Below, in pieces: positions 12,460 to 26,369 of a stretch of DNA of 55,445 bases (position 1 is the first letter of the stretch; each line of letters opens with the position of its first letter). The translations under genes and the position numbers were made by a program. The notes beneath the pieces were generated by a model. It made no database searches, was not told where the DNA came from, and saw nothing but the letters and a program-made list of their open reading frames with translations. Origin of the DNA: Octopus bimaculoides (taxonomy: Eukaryota); contig NC_068985.1 of assembly GCF_001194135.2 (NCBI RefSeq), forward strand, positions 7,613,011 through 7,668,455, written 5' to 3'.

Positions 12460-12645
12460 TTCTACAAAAGGCACAAGGCCAGCAATTTCGATTACGTCGA
12501 CCCAAGTGCTCAATTGGTACTTATTCTATCCATCCCGAATGGATACAAGGTTGAGTTGACCACGGCGGAATTTGAACTCAGAACGTAAAGGCGGACGAAA
12601 TGCATTTTGCCCGGTGTGCTAACGATTCTGCCAGCTCGCCACCTT
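12460..12645 (-). mobile_element. SINE family B (common tail)
   Basis: Head aaggtggcgagctggcagaatcgttagcac, B box gagttcaaattcc, tail ggccttgtgccttttgtagaagg. Confidence 0.85.
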
Positions 12646-12662
12646 AATAATAATAATAATAA

Positions 12663-12885
12663 TCTTTTCTACTCTAGGCCCAAGGTCCGACCGAAATATT
12701 TGGGGGAGGGGATCAATCGATTTGATCGACCTCAGTACGCAACAGGTACTTAATTTATCGACCCCGAAAGGATGAAAGTAAAAGTCAGCCTCAGTGAAAA
12801 TTGAACTCAGAACGTCAAGACAGACGAAATGCTGCTAAGCATTTCGCCCGGCTTGCTAACGTTTCTACCAGCTCGCCACCTTAAT
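12663..12885 (-). mobile_element. SINE family B (common tail), inserted in (TAA)n
   Basis: Full head-to-tail match; TAA runs on both sides. Confidence 0.88.
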
Positions 12886-12924
12886 AATAACAACAACAAC
12901 AACAATAATAATAATATATGCATA

Positions 12925-13130
12925 TGTGGGTACAGGACGTTACCAACTGTGCAAACAACATGAAATACGTAAACAAACGAGTTAAATACGTAAACAACGA
13001 GAGAAAAAAAAACAGGACAAGTAAACACGGAGAAAGGACCCTTCATCGGTTGTTGGATGTCTGTGTACTCCTCATTTCGAGCATTCAATGACAATACGAG
13101 TCTTCAAAGACAGTTGCTCCCATAAATTCT
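12925..13130. mobile_element. Interspersed repeat, probably Penelope-like; related copy at 28678-28740
   Basis: gggtacaggacgtt...aaac motif shared with 28678-28740. Confidence 0.45.
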
Positions 13131-15556
13131 AAAATAAAATTTAAGTTTTAATGGTTTCAAATNNNNNNNNNNNNNNNNNNNNNNNNNNNNNNNNNNNNNN
13201 NNNNNNNNNNNNNNNNNNNNNNNNNNNNNNNNNNNNNNNNNNNNNNNNNNNNNNNNNNNNNNNNNNNNNNNNNNNNNNNNNNNNNNNNNNNNNNNNNNNN
13301 NNNNNNNNNNNNNNNNTACATCAACCCCAGTGTTTTACTGGTACTTGATTTATCGACCTCGAAAGAATGAAAGGCAAAGTCGAAAGAAGAAGAAGAAGAA
13401 GAAGAAGAAGAAGAAGAAGAAGAAGAAGAAGAGCTTCTAATCTAGAGTGATGGGTAGTAATTTTGAGGGGAGGGGTTAATCGATACCAAAGTCCCCAATA
13501 CATGACTAATGCTTTATTTTATCGGCCTCGAAGGGATAGAAAGGAAAGTTGACTTCGGATGAGCTTGAATTGTGAACGTAATTTGGAACTAAACAACAAC
13601 AATAACATGCATCTATGCTTTTTATTGCCTACACATCATGGCCGAGTAATTAAGGAGTTCGCTTTGTAATCACTAGGTCAAGGATTCGATCTCACAGCAT
13701 GGTACCTCAGGAAATTGTCATTAATCAGGTTGATTTTGAGTGAAATCGGATGGAAGCCTGTCAAATTGATTACACTTGCAGTTTTCAACTCCGTCCTTGC
13801 CATGCATAGTGTGTCATGTTGATTATCTCAGCGGTTTAGGTATTAGAGGAGTATTCAGCTACTTCAGTAATTCAGTCGATCGAACAACTGAGTACTCACC
13901 GTCGAAACGGACTGAGATCCATTAACTTATTTTACCAGTCTTGAACCAAATCTACCTTTATACTCATTTTTCTGATAATATTTTGAGCAAATTTAAAATC
14001 TAAAATCATTCTTACAAACCATTCTTACGCAGACCCGACAACCTTAAACTCGGTTGCTACACGATCTTCAGCACAATAAAGTTAATCATTAAAGCTGATT
14101 TAATTTAATTAAAACAATTATACACGTAATGATATTTTTTGTCCATTACGTATATAGTTACATTTAATTGAAACAATGATTTGCTTCATTATAATGAGTT
14201 TATTCACACACCCTAACTCGTATAGCCTCCATTGGAGTTGACATTCGGATATAAGGAAGTTCCTATATGTTTATACGACCTTTGAGAAATGGCAGCCAGA
14301 CCCCTTTTCTCAGTCCAACTCTTTTTAAAGACCTCTCTTACGGCCATGTTTGACCACGCATTATTTGTAGCCGAAAAGATCCACTCTAAGGTTCAAACGT
14401 GGGCAAGATTATTAATATATTTATATATATATATACCAGAAATCTTACAAACTAGATGTAATGAAATCATGTCAGTGACCAGGTTGCAGTCGGTGCGACG
14501 AAAATTTTGATAGCAAAAAATAAACGTTTAAGTGAAGTCTTTGTGTGTTTATGAATGTCTAATATGTGTCTTCAATGCTAAAATTGTTTTAGCTTCTGCA
14601 CACGATCATAGATCAGTTCATTTGCCTGACAAATACAACTCAGAAATTTATATTGCCGCCCTTGTTTCGTTCCCAAATCAACTTTGAACGAACAGACTTA
14701 TAAATAAAGACATTTTAACCATGACCATCCAGTTTAACAAAAAAAATTTTCCCCTCGGATATTGTGTTCTCCAGATAACACTCTTCAGTGTCTGACTAAA
14801 TTCCAAGACGGTAACGGTGCAAATGAAGGAAACTTGACTTCTATTTCTAGTAGTTGGGATGACCACATAGAGACAGAGACACCTTCGTTGACTATTAATT
14901 ACATATATATCGTGTGTGTGTGTGTGTGTGTGTTGTTTGCTTCTTTGTGTGTGTGTGAGTGTGTGTGTATGTGTATGAGTGTGTGTGTGTGTGTGTGTGT
15001 GCGTATGTATGTGTGTGTTGCTTGCGTGTGTGTGCGCGCGTGTGTATGTGTGTGTGTGTGTGTGTGCGTGTGCGTGTGCTGTAATATTTGAAGTGAAGAC
15101 AGTGAAACCAGAAAACAAAATTAAATTTTCAGTGACTTTCAACGGTTGAATTTGAGGAATTCAGAAATTTTGTATCCCGAAGNNNNNNNNNNNNNNNNNN
15201 NNNNNNNNNNNNNNNNNNNNNNNNNNNNNNNNNNNNNNNNNNNNNNNNNNNNNNNNNNNNNNNNNNNNNNNNNNNNNNNNNNNNNNNNNNNNNNNNNNNN
15301 NNNNNNNNNNNNNNNNNNNNNNNNNNNNNNNNNNNNNNNNNNNNNNNNNNNNNNNNNNNNNNNNNNNNNNNNNNNNNNNNNNNNNNNNNNNNNNNNNNNN
15401 NNNNNNNNNNNNNNNNNNNNNNNNNNNNNNNNNNNNNNNNNNNNNNNNNNNNNNNNNNNNNNNNNNNNNNNNNNNNNNNNNNNNNNNNNNNNNNNNNNNN
15501 NNNNNNNNNNNNNNNNNNNNNNNNNNNNNNNNNNNNNNNNNNNNNNNNNNNNNNNN

Positions 15557-15589
<33 letters not shown>

Positions 15590-16440
15590 CAGACAGACGC
15601 ACAGACAGACAGACAGACAGACAGACACAAATAGATAGATAGATAGATAGATAGATAGATGTGGTGTGTGTGAGCACTATTGACATGATTGTTGCTTAGC
15701 CGCAGTTCTCTGCTGATCCAGCTTCTAAGAAAGGAATTTTCAAGCTTCTGGATTTGGCAATTGAATACTCTTCAAACCCGATCCCTCAGCCATGCAAGAG
15801 ACTCCTTCCTAGACCCCAGGGATGAATGGTATTGCTTTTCAGTCGTTGTTGTTGTCGTCGTCTACGCCGTTGCTTTTATTGTTGTTGTTGCTGCGGTTGC
15901 GGTAGTGGCGGCGGCGGTGGTGAAGTTGATGATGATGATGATGATGTTTGTTGTGGTGATGGTTGTAGAGTGAGTGGTGACGATGTAGAAGTCAAGAGGG
16001 TGATAGGGAAGTGTGTCACCAGTGTTGATACACCCCACTCACTTTACTGTAATCACACGCTTATCATTTACGACTCTTTAATTGCTATGAAGTTACAGAA
16101 TTTCGAGCTTTTGGTAGTGATTACACGATGAAATATTGTCACGAGAAAAAGACACACTTAATGGCTGCAGTTTCAAACAAAAAACTTTATGGCGCTACTT
16201 TAAAAACAGACAAACATTTTAGAGACGCTACTTTAGAGACAAACTTTAGGGGTTTAAAGGCACAAACTTAAGGAATACTGTTAAAAATATAGACAAAATG
16301 TAGGTGTGTTTTTTTAAGGGACTACTTTACGCCTTTCATCCTTTCAGGGTCGATGACATATGTACCCGTTGAGCACTGGGGTTCGATGTAATTAATTCCT
16401 CATTAATTTCAAATTTTGAGCCTATAGCAGGAAGAATTAT

Positions 16441-17030
16441 TATGGGGTTATGTGAAAAGCCGATAACAGCTGCTGAAATTCGGGAGGCGATGAGCGATTG
16501 CACAAGTCACAAATCGCCAGGTTTAAATGGTCTACCCTATGAATTCTATGTATTCAAGCCAGATTTGTTTGGTGACCTCTTGGAAGACGTCTACACCAAC
16601 TGGCATCAGAACGGGAGGATTCCTAATGCTGTGAGCCGGGATGTGGTGACACTGCTGAGGAAGGACGCCGAAAATGGGAGCGTACTAGGGAAGTTTTTGG
16701 CCCATAACTCTGCTGAACACAGGCTTTAAGATTTTGGCCAAGGTGTTAGTGAAAAGCTTGGTAGTTGTCGTCGGTAGCCTGGTCGGGGAAGCGCAAACGT
16801 GCGCAATCCTGAACAGGTCTATTCATAACAACCTCTACCTTATGCAATACAGCATAGAGAGGGCTGCGACCAAAGCTGGCTTCGGAGGCGCTCTGATCAA
16901 TTTGGATCAAACCAAAAGCAATCGATAAGGTCGACCATCATTATTAGCAAGCCATCCTGAAAACAGACCATTTTCAGAGGCTGGATCGCTGCAATGCACA
17001 GCGGCACCTGCTCAGTGGTCAAAGTAAACG
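16441..17030 (+). pseudogene. Tx1/L1-like LINE reverse transcriptase fragment (disrupted)
   Basis: KSPGLNGLPYEFY, VVTLLRKD, RSIHNNLYLM, GALINLDQ(x)K..D(K/R)VDH motifs across frameshifts and stops. Confidence 0.85.
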
Positions 17031-17038
17031 GCCTGTGT

Positions 17039-17135
17039 CTGAAGAAGAGCTTTGCTTGAAACGTAAAATATCCTTTCCTTCCTTCCTTGAGCGTCTTATT
17101 AATACTCTGCATGTACCACGTCCTCGCGTTGTTGC
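17039..17135 (+). mobile_element. Penelope-like terminal fragment
   Basis: ctgaagaagagctttgcttgaaacgtaaaa motif followed by (TG)n. Confidence 0.45.
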
Positions 17136-17186
<51 letters not shown>

Positions 17187-18271
17187 NNNNNNNNNNNNNN
17201 NNNNNNNNNNNNNNNNNNNNNNNNNNNNNNNNNNNNNNNNNNNNNNNNNNNNNNNNNNNNNNNNNNNNNNNNNNNNNNNNNNNNNNNNNNNNNNNNNNNN
17301 NNNNNNNNNNNNNNNNNNNNNNNNNNNNNNNNNNNNNNNNNNNNNNNNNNNNNNNNNNNNNNNNNNNNNNNNNNNNNNNNNNNNNNNNNNNNNNNNNNNN
17401 NNNNNNNNNNNNNNNNNNTATATATATATATATATATATATATGCATGTATGTATCTATATTTATATATGTATGTATACAGACACACACACTCACATACA
17501 CACACATAGATCCTCACGCATGCGTACAATCAAGCACACAGTCACACTCATGGAAAACAAACCTGGTTATTTATACCAATACCTTTGTTATTATTAAATA
17601 AAATGAGAAAATAGTCGAATCACACTTGAAAAGTTCTATATCCCTCACCTCATCGCCTTCCATCGCCATCCCCACTTTATACACCTGTCTTACCCCAAGA
17701 TTAACAAACCACTGCAGCAGTGGCAAAGGTCATTAACAATCTGTTATACTTGACACACCTGAAACATCTGTTTTGTGCTGCTCCTGTGGTTGATAGCTCT
17801 TCTTTCTTGCATTAGTTAAGGGTGAGGAAAAGTTGAACTATAAAAATAATATAAAATCATAATAAAAACAAATATAGAAAACAAAGAAAATTCGACGATT
17901 GCTGATGTCTTGGGCGGAGTAAAAATGCTGGTTTTGTATTTATTTTAGCGAGAGCTTGTACTTGGTTGTGTGTATAAGATTTCTCACTTCTCAGCCCTAT
18001 TTGAGAAACATGTGCTGGCAAAGGAGCCTCTACTTGGATGCTCAAGCTACTAGATATAACAGCGAAATTTCTCTCAAATAAAACGTTATAGTAGCGTGGC
18101 TAGTGATGGAGGCGAGGGGAACGGTCCAACCAGGACGATGCTTTTATGGGGGATGGGGGTGGAAGCACTTTTGGGTTTAATGTGTAATCCCGTAAAACAT
18201 GAATTGAAACAAGAGTTTTTCATGCCGCGACACTACTCATAGTTTTCGATTTAGAGTAACTTTAAAAAAGG

Positions 18272-18440
18272 CGCAGGAATGGGAGTGTGGCTAAGAGGTT
18301 TGCTTCTCAACCAAATGGTTATAGGTTCAGGCCCCACCGCGTGGCACCTTTGACAAATGTTTTCTGCTATAGCCACAGGCCGACCAAAGACTTGTGAGTG
18401 GATTTGGTAGACGAAAACTGAAAGGTGTCCGTTCTGTGTG
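18272..18440 (+). mobile_element. SINE family A 5' half, running into (TA)n and a gap
   Basis: ggcgcaggaatgggagtgtggctaagaggtttgcttctcaacc...ggttcaggcccc...gtggatttggtagacgaaaactgaaagg. Confidence 0.8.
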
Positions 18441-19189
18441 TATATATATGTGTGTATATATATATATATATGTATATGTATATNNNNNNNNNNNNNNNNN
18501 NNNNNNNNNNNNNNNNNNNNNNNNNNNNNNNNNNNNNNNNNNNNNNNNNNNNNNNNNNNNNNNNNNNNNNNNNNNNNNNNNNNNNNNNNNNNNNNNNNNN
18601 NNNNNNNNNNNNNNNNNNNNNNNNNNNNNNNNNNNNNNNNNNNNNNNNNNNNNNNNNNNNNNNNNNNNNNNNNNNNNNNNNNNNNNNNNNNNNNNNNNNN
18701 NNNNNNNNNNNNNNNNNNNNNNNNNNNNNNNNNNNNNNNNNNNNNNNNNNNNNNNNNNNNNNNNNNNNNNNNNNNNNNNNNNNNNNNNNNNNNNNNNNNN
18801 NNNNNNNNNNNNNNNNNNNNNNNNNNNNNNNNNNNNNNNNNNNNNNNNNNNNNNNNNNNNNNNNNNNNNNNNNNNNNNNNNNNNNNNNNNNNNNNNNNNN
18901 NNNNNNNNNNNNNNNNNNNNNNNNNNNNNNNNNNNNNNNNNNNNNNNNNNNNNNNNNNNNNNNNNNNNNNNNNNNNNNNNNNNNNNNNNNNNNNNNNNNN
19001 NNNNNNNNNNNNNNNNNNNNNNNNNNNNNNNNNNNNNNNNNNNNNNNNNNNNNNTATATATAATGGATATGAGAGCCAACGGCACCCATTTCCTAGGGAG
19101 AAGATGGGTTCCACCATGACTACCAAACCCTACCAAACGGAGGTCAATATAGTAAATAATTAAAAAAATAAAATAAAAAATAAAACGAC

Positions 19190-19395
19190 GGACTGGCAGA
19201 ACCGTTACTGCACCGGACAAAATGCTTAGCACCATTTCTTCTGACTTTACGTTCTGAGTTCAAATACCACTGAGATCTACTCTGCCTTTCATCTTTCCAG
19301 GTTCGATGAATTATGTACCAGTCGAACTTTAGGGTCGATGTAATCGGCTTAACCCCTCTCCCGAAATTCGTGGCCTTGTACCAAAGTTTGAAACC
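19190..19395 (+). mobile_element. SINE family B (common tail)
   Basis: ctggcagaaccgttact...gttctgagttcaaatacc...gggtcgatgtaatcggct...ggccttgtaccaaag. Confidence 0.8.
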
Positions 19396-19399
19396 AATA

Positions 19400-19440
19400 T
19401 AGTAGAACCTCGGTTTACGAACGCCTCTGATCACGAATAA
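19400..19440 (+). mobile_element. Tigger-like left terminus (truncated)
   Basis: ta-tagtagaacctcggtttacgaacg resembles a CAGTAGAACCTCGG TIR. Confidence 0.45.
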
Positions 19441-19668
19441 ATCATGCTTTATATCTATCTATCTATCTCTATATATATATAATTATAAAATCTGGTAATT
19501 AGTCATATATTAATTAATATCGATTAATTATCAGGAGGCCAGCACATCTAAAGAATCAAAGAGATTCAGAAATATTATCTGCAATCTCAGGGGATTAAGG
19601 TACATTTTTCAAAAAATAACGTCGACCACTAACGTGGACAATTAATGCGCTAGAAATAGATCACATCT

Positions 19669-19695
<27 letters not shown>

Positions 19696-19701
<6 letters not shown>

Positions 19702-19890
19702 AGAATTTACGTAAAAAACAACAGACGAAGACAGGTGGTGTAAACAACGAATGGATGTATTAGTTTAACGCTCGGGAAAAGAGAAAGTCTTTGACGTTTC
19801 GAGCTACGCTCTTCAACTGAAAGGAACACAAAGAAATAAGGAGAAAAAAAAATATGAATGTAGTGGTCAGCGATCTATCATGGCGAATGT
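19696..19890 (-). mobile_element. Penelope-like terminal fragment embedded in (TA)n
   Basis: Reverse-complement homolog of 10400-10601, with (TA)n on both sides. Confidence 0.55.
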
Positions 19891-20784
19891 ATATATATAT
19901 ATATATATATATGAAAAGCACGATTTATTCGCGATGAGAGTTGTTTGAAAACTGATGTACTATTGTATTAATAGTAAAATTCGGGTGCCCCGACTTGACT
20001 GTAAAGGAGACATTATATTGTTATCTATGATGGTTGCTTGCGTATGGCTGTTACAATTGGTTCAATTGTTCCATCAAAATTACTACTTTTCTAGCAATAA
20101 ACACATTATCCAGCAGTCAGTTAATTGTTATTGTTGTTATTGTTTTCTTTTTTTTAATGGCTCAGTAAAGAAAATAATAGCGTTCATGGACTTTTTTTTT
20201 AGGATATTCAAAAAAGAAAAAAAAAAAATTATGAGAGGCGGAGAGGAAGTTACCCTCAGCCTGAGTCCGAATGCTTGAAACAGATTAGACTCTTAGGTAT
20301 TAAAACAGAACAACAAATTAAATCCATGATCTAAGAAATCCATGTTGCTCCAACGTGCTTCCATACAGTTTTCTTTCAAAAATTCTCACACAAGGATTTG
20401 GTTGTCCCGGGGCAACAGTACAAGACACTTGCCTAAGGTGATGCGCTGTGTGAATGAACCTGAAACTTTACTCCTGAAATGCGACCTTCTTAATTACATA
20501 GCTATGAGTGCGTCCTCGTGATTTTGTTTGGCTCAGGTGAGATCGGGCTGAGCAGAATCTTTCATCAATGCTCCAGCAGAGAAAAATATAAGTCAGAAAG
20601 GCAACCTCGTCATACTGTGACGTCCTGGTTGGAAATGTTGATCTGCCCTGTTCCGAGAAAACGTGGCGATTTCTACACAGTCGACAGACCTAGAAATAGC
20701 AGCAAAATGTGTCTGAAATCACAATGAGCAAGTAGTGTCTTCGTGAGGAAGGCTGCGTTCCGATTTAAGAAAAGTTATATTACG

Positions 20785-20895
20785 ATTATATTATACAATT
20801 ATATGATATTATATTATATCATATTATATTATATTATATTATACAATTATATTATATTATATTATACAATTATATTATATTATATTATATTATAC
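20785..20895. repeat. (ATATT)n pentanucleotide satellite with periodic ACAA interruptions
   Basis: attatattatattatattatacaa units. Confidence 0.9.
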
Positions 20896-21091
20896 AAACC
20901 GAAATCGAACACGTGATCTTGGTATCATTAATATTCTATTGAGATTTTGATCATATTAAAGTACACACACACACACACACATACACACACACACACACAC
21001 ACATGCACACACATACGCACACATAGATACATACTGACTCACAGACACATTCTCACATAAAGCTGCACACTCAAATTACACACAAACATGT

Positions 21092-21128
<37 letters not shown>

Positions 21129-21984
21129 TATAGCTACACAGATACACACATGCACACATGCAGTTACACACCACATAGACTCACACACACACACACACAC
21201 ACGCACGACGTAATACGCACACATACACACATTTCAATATAAGTCTACGCATATAGTCTTTCACATTTTCGTCCGCTCTTGTCACATCACAAAGGTCAAG
21301 CCTCATTCAGTGGACTTTGCCTCCTCACTTCATCAGGGTGGATAAAATAATAAGCGGCATTATATTACAGATTCATGATTCAAATGGCTTCAACCAACTT
21401 CTCGGCAAAACTGGCCAAATGTCTCTGGTTAAGACATTAATTACATCAGACTAAAAATACAAATAATTATTAAAAACAGCATTAAAAATATCGATTTGTA
21501 CAAAAATGTTGAAAAGAAGAAACATTTAGACAAAACTGTTCTATACATAAATTAATCGGCCTCTCATAAAAATCGAGTCTCTGTCAAAATTGATCGCAAT
21601 CAGACCTCAGGGCGTTGCGGGTCATTAAAACGCAATTAATTCACCCCAAATAAACATCGTTTATACAAAGAGCTATTTCCAGTGAAGTTTACCACAAGAA
21701 TTTAGTCGACAACAAAAATCAACAATGGAAACTAACATTTTGCTCAGTTTATTACATTTTTATACTAGTTTTTCGTGTTATGTTTTCATTTTTTTAAAAA
21801 ATTTACCAGAGAAAATTTACAATTGAATGTTTATCTTTTCTTTCTTTCTGTTGACTCCGTCTTAACGTATGACTCATCCAAGCCACTCGTCAATTCATAG
21901 TCAAGCGTTCGCTTCCCCGCCAATACTGCTATATACTTTATTATTATTATATTACTTTATTATTATTATATTACTTTATTATTA

Positions 21985-22057
21985 TTATATTACTTTATTT
22001 TTATTTTTATTTTTATTTTTATTTTTATTTTTATTTTTATTTTTATTTTTATTTTTA

Positions 22058-22146
<89 letters not shown>
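21985..22146. repeat. Compound (TTTTTA)n-(TTA)n microsatellite
   Basis: Hexamer run switching to a trimer run, ending at a gap. Confidence 0.95.
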
Positions 22147-22955
22147 NNNNNNNNNNNNNNNNNNNNNNNNNNNNNNNNNNNNNNNNNNNNNNNNNNNNNN
22201 NNNNNNNNNNNNNNNNNNNNNNNNNNNNNNNNNNNNNNNNNNNNNNNNNNNNNNNNNNNNNNNNNNNNNNNNNNNNNNNNNNNNNNNNNNNNNNNNNNNN
22301 NNNNNNNNNNNNNNNNNNNNNNNNNNNNNNNNNNNNNNNNNNNNNNNNNNNNNNNNNNNNNNNNNNNNNNNNNNNNNNNNNNNNNNNNNNNNNNNNNNNN
22401 NNNNNNNNNNNNNNNNNNNNNNNNNNNNNNNNNNNNNNNNNNNNNNNNNNNNNNNNNNNNNNNNNNNNNNNNNNNNNNNNNNNNNNNNNNNNNNNNNNNN
22501 NNNNNNNNNNNNNNNNNNNNNNNNNNNNNNNNNNNNNNNNNNNNNNNNNNNNNNNNNNNNNNNNNNNNNNNNNNNNNNNNNNNNNNNNNNNNNNNNNNNN
22601 NNNNNNNNNNNNNNNNNNNNNNNNNNNNNNNNNNNNNNNNNNNNNNNNNNNNNNNNNNNNNNNNNNNNNNNNNNNNNNNNNNNNNNNNNNNNNNNNNNNN
22701 NNNNNNNNNNNNNNNNNNNNNNNNNNNNNNNNNNNNNNNNNNNNNNNNNNNNNNNNNNNNNNNNNNNNNNNNNNNNNNNNNNNNNNNNNNNNNNNNNNNN
22801 NNNNNNNNNNNNNNNNNNNNNNNNNNNNNNNNNNNNNNNNNNNNNNNNNNNNNNNNNNNNNNNNNNNNNNNNNNNNNNNNNNNNNNNNNNNNNNNNNNNN
22901 NNNNNNNNNNNNNNNNNNNNNNNNNNNNNNNNNNNNNNNNNNNNNNNNNNNNNNN

Positions 22956-23003
<48 letters not shown>

Positions 23004-23224
23004 ATATTCTTGTGTACATTTTTTAATGAATTTTTATGAATAATTTCATGTGTATTATGGATATGGCAATTTTTTTTGTATATATGTATATATCTTTTAT
23101 ATTTTTATTTGTATTATGTAGATATGTATTTATATTTTTTTATCTTGTTCAATGTGTATGATGGTGTGTATTCATTATTACTAACTTTATGGCTGTTAAT
23201 GGGCAGCTGTGTATGTATCGGTGA

Positions 23225-24180
23225 GAGTGCATGTAAAACCCTTACGATGGGCAGATCAACATTGGTGGAAAGCTCTCGGAGCCTATCTCTGTCATGAATG
23301 GGGTAAAACAAGGTAACATATTAGCACCCACTCTCTTCACCCTCTGTTTTACTATAGTTTTTCAATTGGATTTCAAAGGCCCCTATGAAGGCATATATAT
23401 CAGATATCGCACAACAGGAAATATCTTTAACATGAGAAGACTGTCAGCTAAGTCAAGGACGTCCTCAACTCTTATTAGAGACTTGCTCTATGCAGATGAT
23501 TGTGATATTGTCACTCATGCTGAGGAGGACATGCAAAATCTTTTGAATGCAATTTCATTGGCTTGTGAAGCACTTGGTTTAACCATAAATCTAACCAAAA
23601 CTGTTGTCACGTTTCAGCCAGCACCAGGAATGCCATACACAGAGCCTGGTATCTTCGTCTATGGTTTCTAAGTTTGTTTACTTAGTGAGCTCACTAAACA
23701 CATCAGCGAATCTTGATGAGGAAGTGTCACTACGCATTCAGAAAGCCAGCTTTGCTTTTGGCTGGAAGACCTCCTATGGTCTAGACATGGTATTTCCACT
23801 GCGACAAAGATTAAGGTATACAATACATGTATCTTAATCACTTTATTGTATGCTTGAGAAACTTGAACTGTGTATCGTAAGCGCTTAAAATTTATGGATT
23901 CAAATTTTGAGAATCAGCTGGAAAATGTTTGTGAATGACGATGAGGTGCTTGAAAGAGGGAAATGCTTCAGTATTGAAGCTTTGCTACTGCAGTATAGAT
24001 TGAGATGGAGTGGACACTCAGTCAGAATGACAGACAGTAGAATGCCTAAACAACTTTTTTACGGAGAATTGGTGACAGGTAAGCGTCCGTCCCACAAACC
24101 AAAGATGAGGTACAAAGATTGTCTGAAGTCGAGATTGAATAGGATAAATGTTCCAATTGACAACTGGGAAGACTGTACGA
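23225..24180 (+). pseudogene. RTE-clade LINE reverse transcriptase fragment (disrupted)
   Basis: NGVKQGNILAPTLF, LLYADDC, GLTINLTKT, RLRWSGHSVRM.DSRMPKQLFYGEL..GKRP..KPKMRYKDCLK motifs with stops and frameshifts. Confidence 0.9.
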
Positions 24181-24330
24181 TATCCTTTGAAGGAGTTTTG
24201 AGATTTAGCTACGATTTTTTGCGCATCCAGCGACCACGTAGAGCCTCCACTATCCTCGTTGGTTGGCAAGAAGTGTATTCAGTTGGTGAAAACGCTCTTG
24301 AATCTTCCTCTGTTGCTATTTATTGGGTAT

Positions 24331-24417
<87 letters not shown>
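24331..24417. repeat. (GA)n microsatellite
   Basis: Perfect dinucleotide run. Confidence 0.98.
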
Positions 24418-24423
<6 letters not shown>

Positions 24424-24623
24424 CGGACGTCGATTTCATTTAAATCATTTCTGACGTGGCAACAAAAACAGCTGTAAAAATCTTTATGACACTTCACTCT
24501 CTTGCTTGATCAGACACAGCAGACGGCTGCTTGGTATAAAATACTAGGCTGGGCGCCACCTTCAGCTCCGGCTTAGCAATTCCCGTTGATTCTGCCGCAA
24601 TGATGTATGTACGCAAATATACT

Positions 24624-24670
<47 letters not shown>

Positions 24671-25394
24671 ACACACAATATTCATACATATAAAGAAATG
24701 AAGGTATATTTGTAAAAGCACACATATATATATGTATTATATACATATATATGTATATGTATATTATATACATATGCATATATACATACACACACTATAT
24801 ATATAAAGTTTATACATCATACACATATATACATGCATGTACATATATGTGTGTGTGTATGCAGATGCTTTGATATACACGCACTCACATGTATGTATAA
24901 AGACATACACGAATGTGTGCCTAAGAGTGCGTGCATGCGTGTGTATATTATTATAATCATCATCATGATAATTATTATTGTTATTATTCTCAGTTGAATG
25001 AATTTTGGAATTTCCTCTCGGTTGTTCCAATACACTTTACGGTGTTTCGTATCAAAACGCTTCAGCCATGTAATACGGCTAACACTGATGTGATAATTTT
25101 GACCACCCCTAAAGTACATTAATGTCTAGACAGAAATACTCATGGCAGAAAGTTTGATTTGATTATGTCAGCTAGGAAGTCGTCTTCCACCCTACAAGTA
25201 CCTTTAATGTTGATCTTACTTCGTTTAATGTGTTGTATTCTAAAGGAAAAGAAATGCCTTCTTATGACACAAGATGCACTTGAAACATTTTCTTTGGAAC
25301 CAACGAAGGAGCCTCTACTTGGTCGCATGTGTTGCTAGATATAGCAGCAAGATACACTCCTATTTACCCTACGACCGACTGGCATCCCGTTTAT

Positions 25395-25610
25395 CACTTC
25401 TATTTTTAGCTTGTTTCAGTCATTTGCCCGCGCCCATGCTGGGGCACCGCATTAAGAAATTTGTAGTCGAATGAATCGATCCCAGTATTTATTATTTCTT
25501 TAAAGCCTGGTACTTATTCTATCGGTCACTTTTACCGGACCGCTACGTTAAGAAGAGGTAAACACACCAATACCAGTTGTCAGACATGGTGGGGGACAAA
25601 CACACACAGA
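25395..25610 (-). mobile_element. SINE family A 3' half
   Basis: ttgtttcagtcattt...catgctggggcaccgc...atcgatcccagta...aacacaccaataccagttgtcag. Confidence 0.8.
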
Positions 25611-25686
25611 TACATACACACATATAATGCATACATATATGTATATAGGTATATATGTGTATGTATGTGTGTATTCATGCACACAT

Positions 25687-25718
<32 letters not shown>

Positions 25719-25721
25719 TTA

Positions 25722-26369
25722 TTATTGTGCCTGAGGAGAGTCGTTCTCTTTTAGTGCCTTATTTAACACACGCACCGGTTCGATTTCCACTCATTTAGTT
25801 ATTTATTTTTTTCTAATTCTAACATAACGAACTAACAGATGCACGTACACAGTCACACAAACCCTTACACTCAGACATGCGCACATAAGATAGAGCTACA
25901 GACACAAATACATACATACACATATAAACACACACACACACATTCTCTCGCACAAACACACAAACATGAACTCACTAATGCATGAATATACAGAATACAC
26001 ACATGCTTACAAACGTACATACACGCATACATATATGTATGCATACACACACACATATACGCTTACACACACATACATATATATATGTATACATGCATGC
26101 ATACATACATACAAACATACATATGTGTATGCACATGCACACTGACGTACACACATGCGCACAATCAAAACAAACAAACAAACAAACAAACAAACAAACA
26201 AACAAACAAAAAGAACGCAGCTCGGACAACGGACAGAGTCAACGACTATTGAAAAGATTGCAAGACGCAACGAAAATTTTAGAAAAATAAGTAAATGAGT
26301 GGAAACTTTACCGGTGAGTGCGTTAAATAATAAGGCACTAAAAGGGAATGACTCTCTCAGACACAATAA
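25722..26369. repeat. Inverted pair of an ~95-bp interspersed repeat (25722-25817 and 26272-26369) around a CA/TA-rich spacer
   Basis: ttattgtgcctgaggagagtcgttctcttttagtgcctta...ccactcattt versus the reverse complement at 26272-26369, roughly 80% identical by eye. Confidence 0.8.

Noticed and set aside
14778-15825. Two short plus-strand open stretches after AG motifs (DNTLQCLTKF... and FSADPASKKGIF...)
   Set aside because: No recognisable protein family, no convincing donor for the first, and no other exons to link them.
24310-24464. TGTTGC...GCAACA segment with TATAAA and (GA)n as a solo LTR
   Set aside because: Very short once the microsatellite is removed, no TSD, no second copy.
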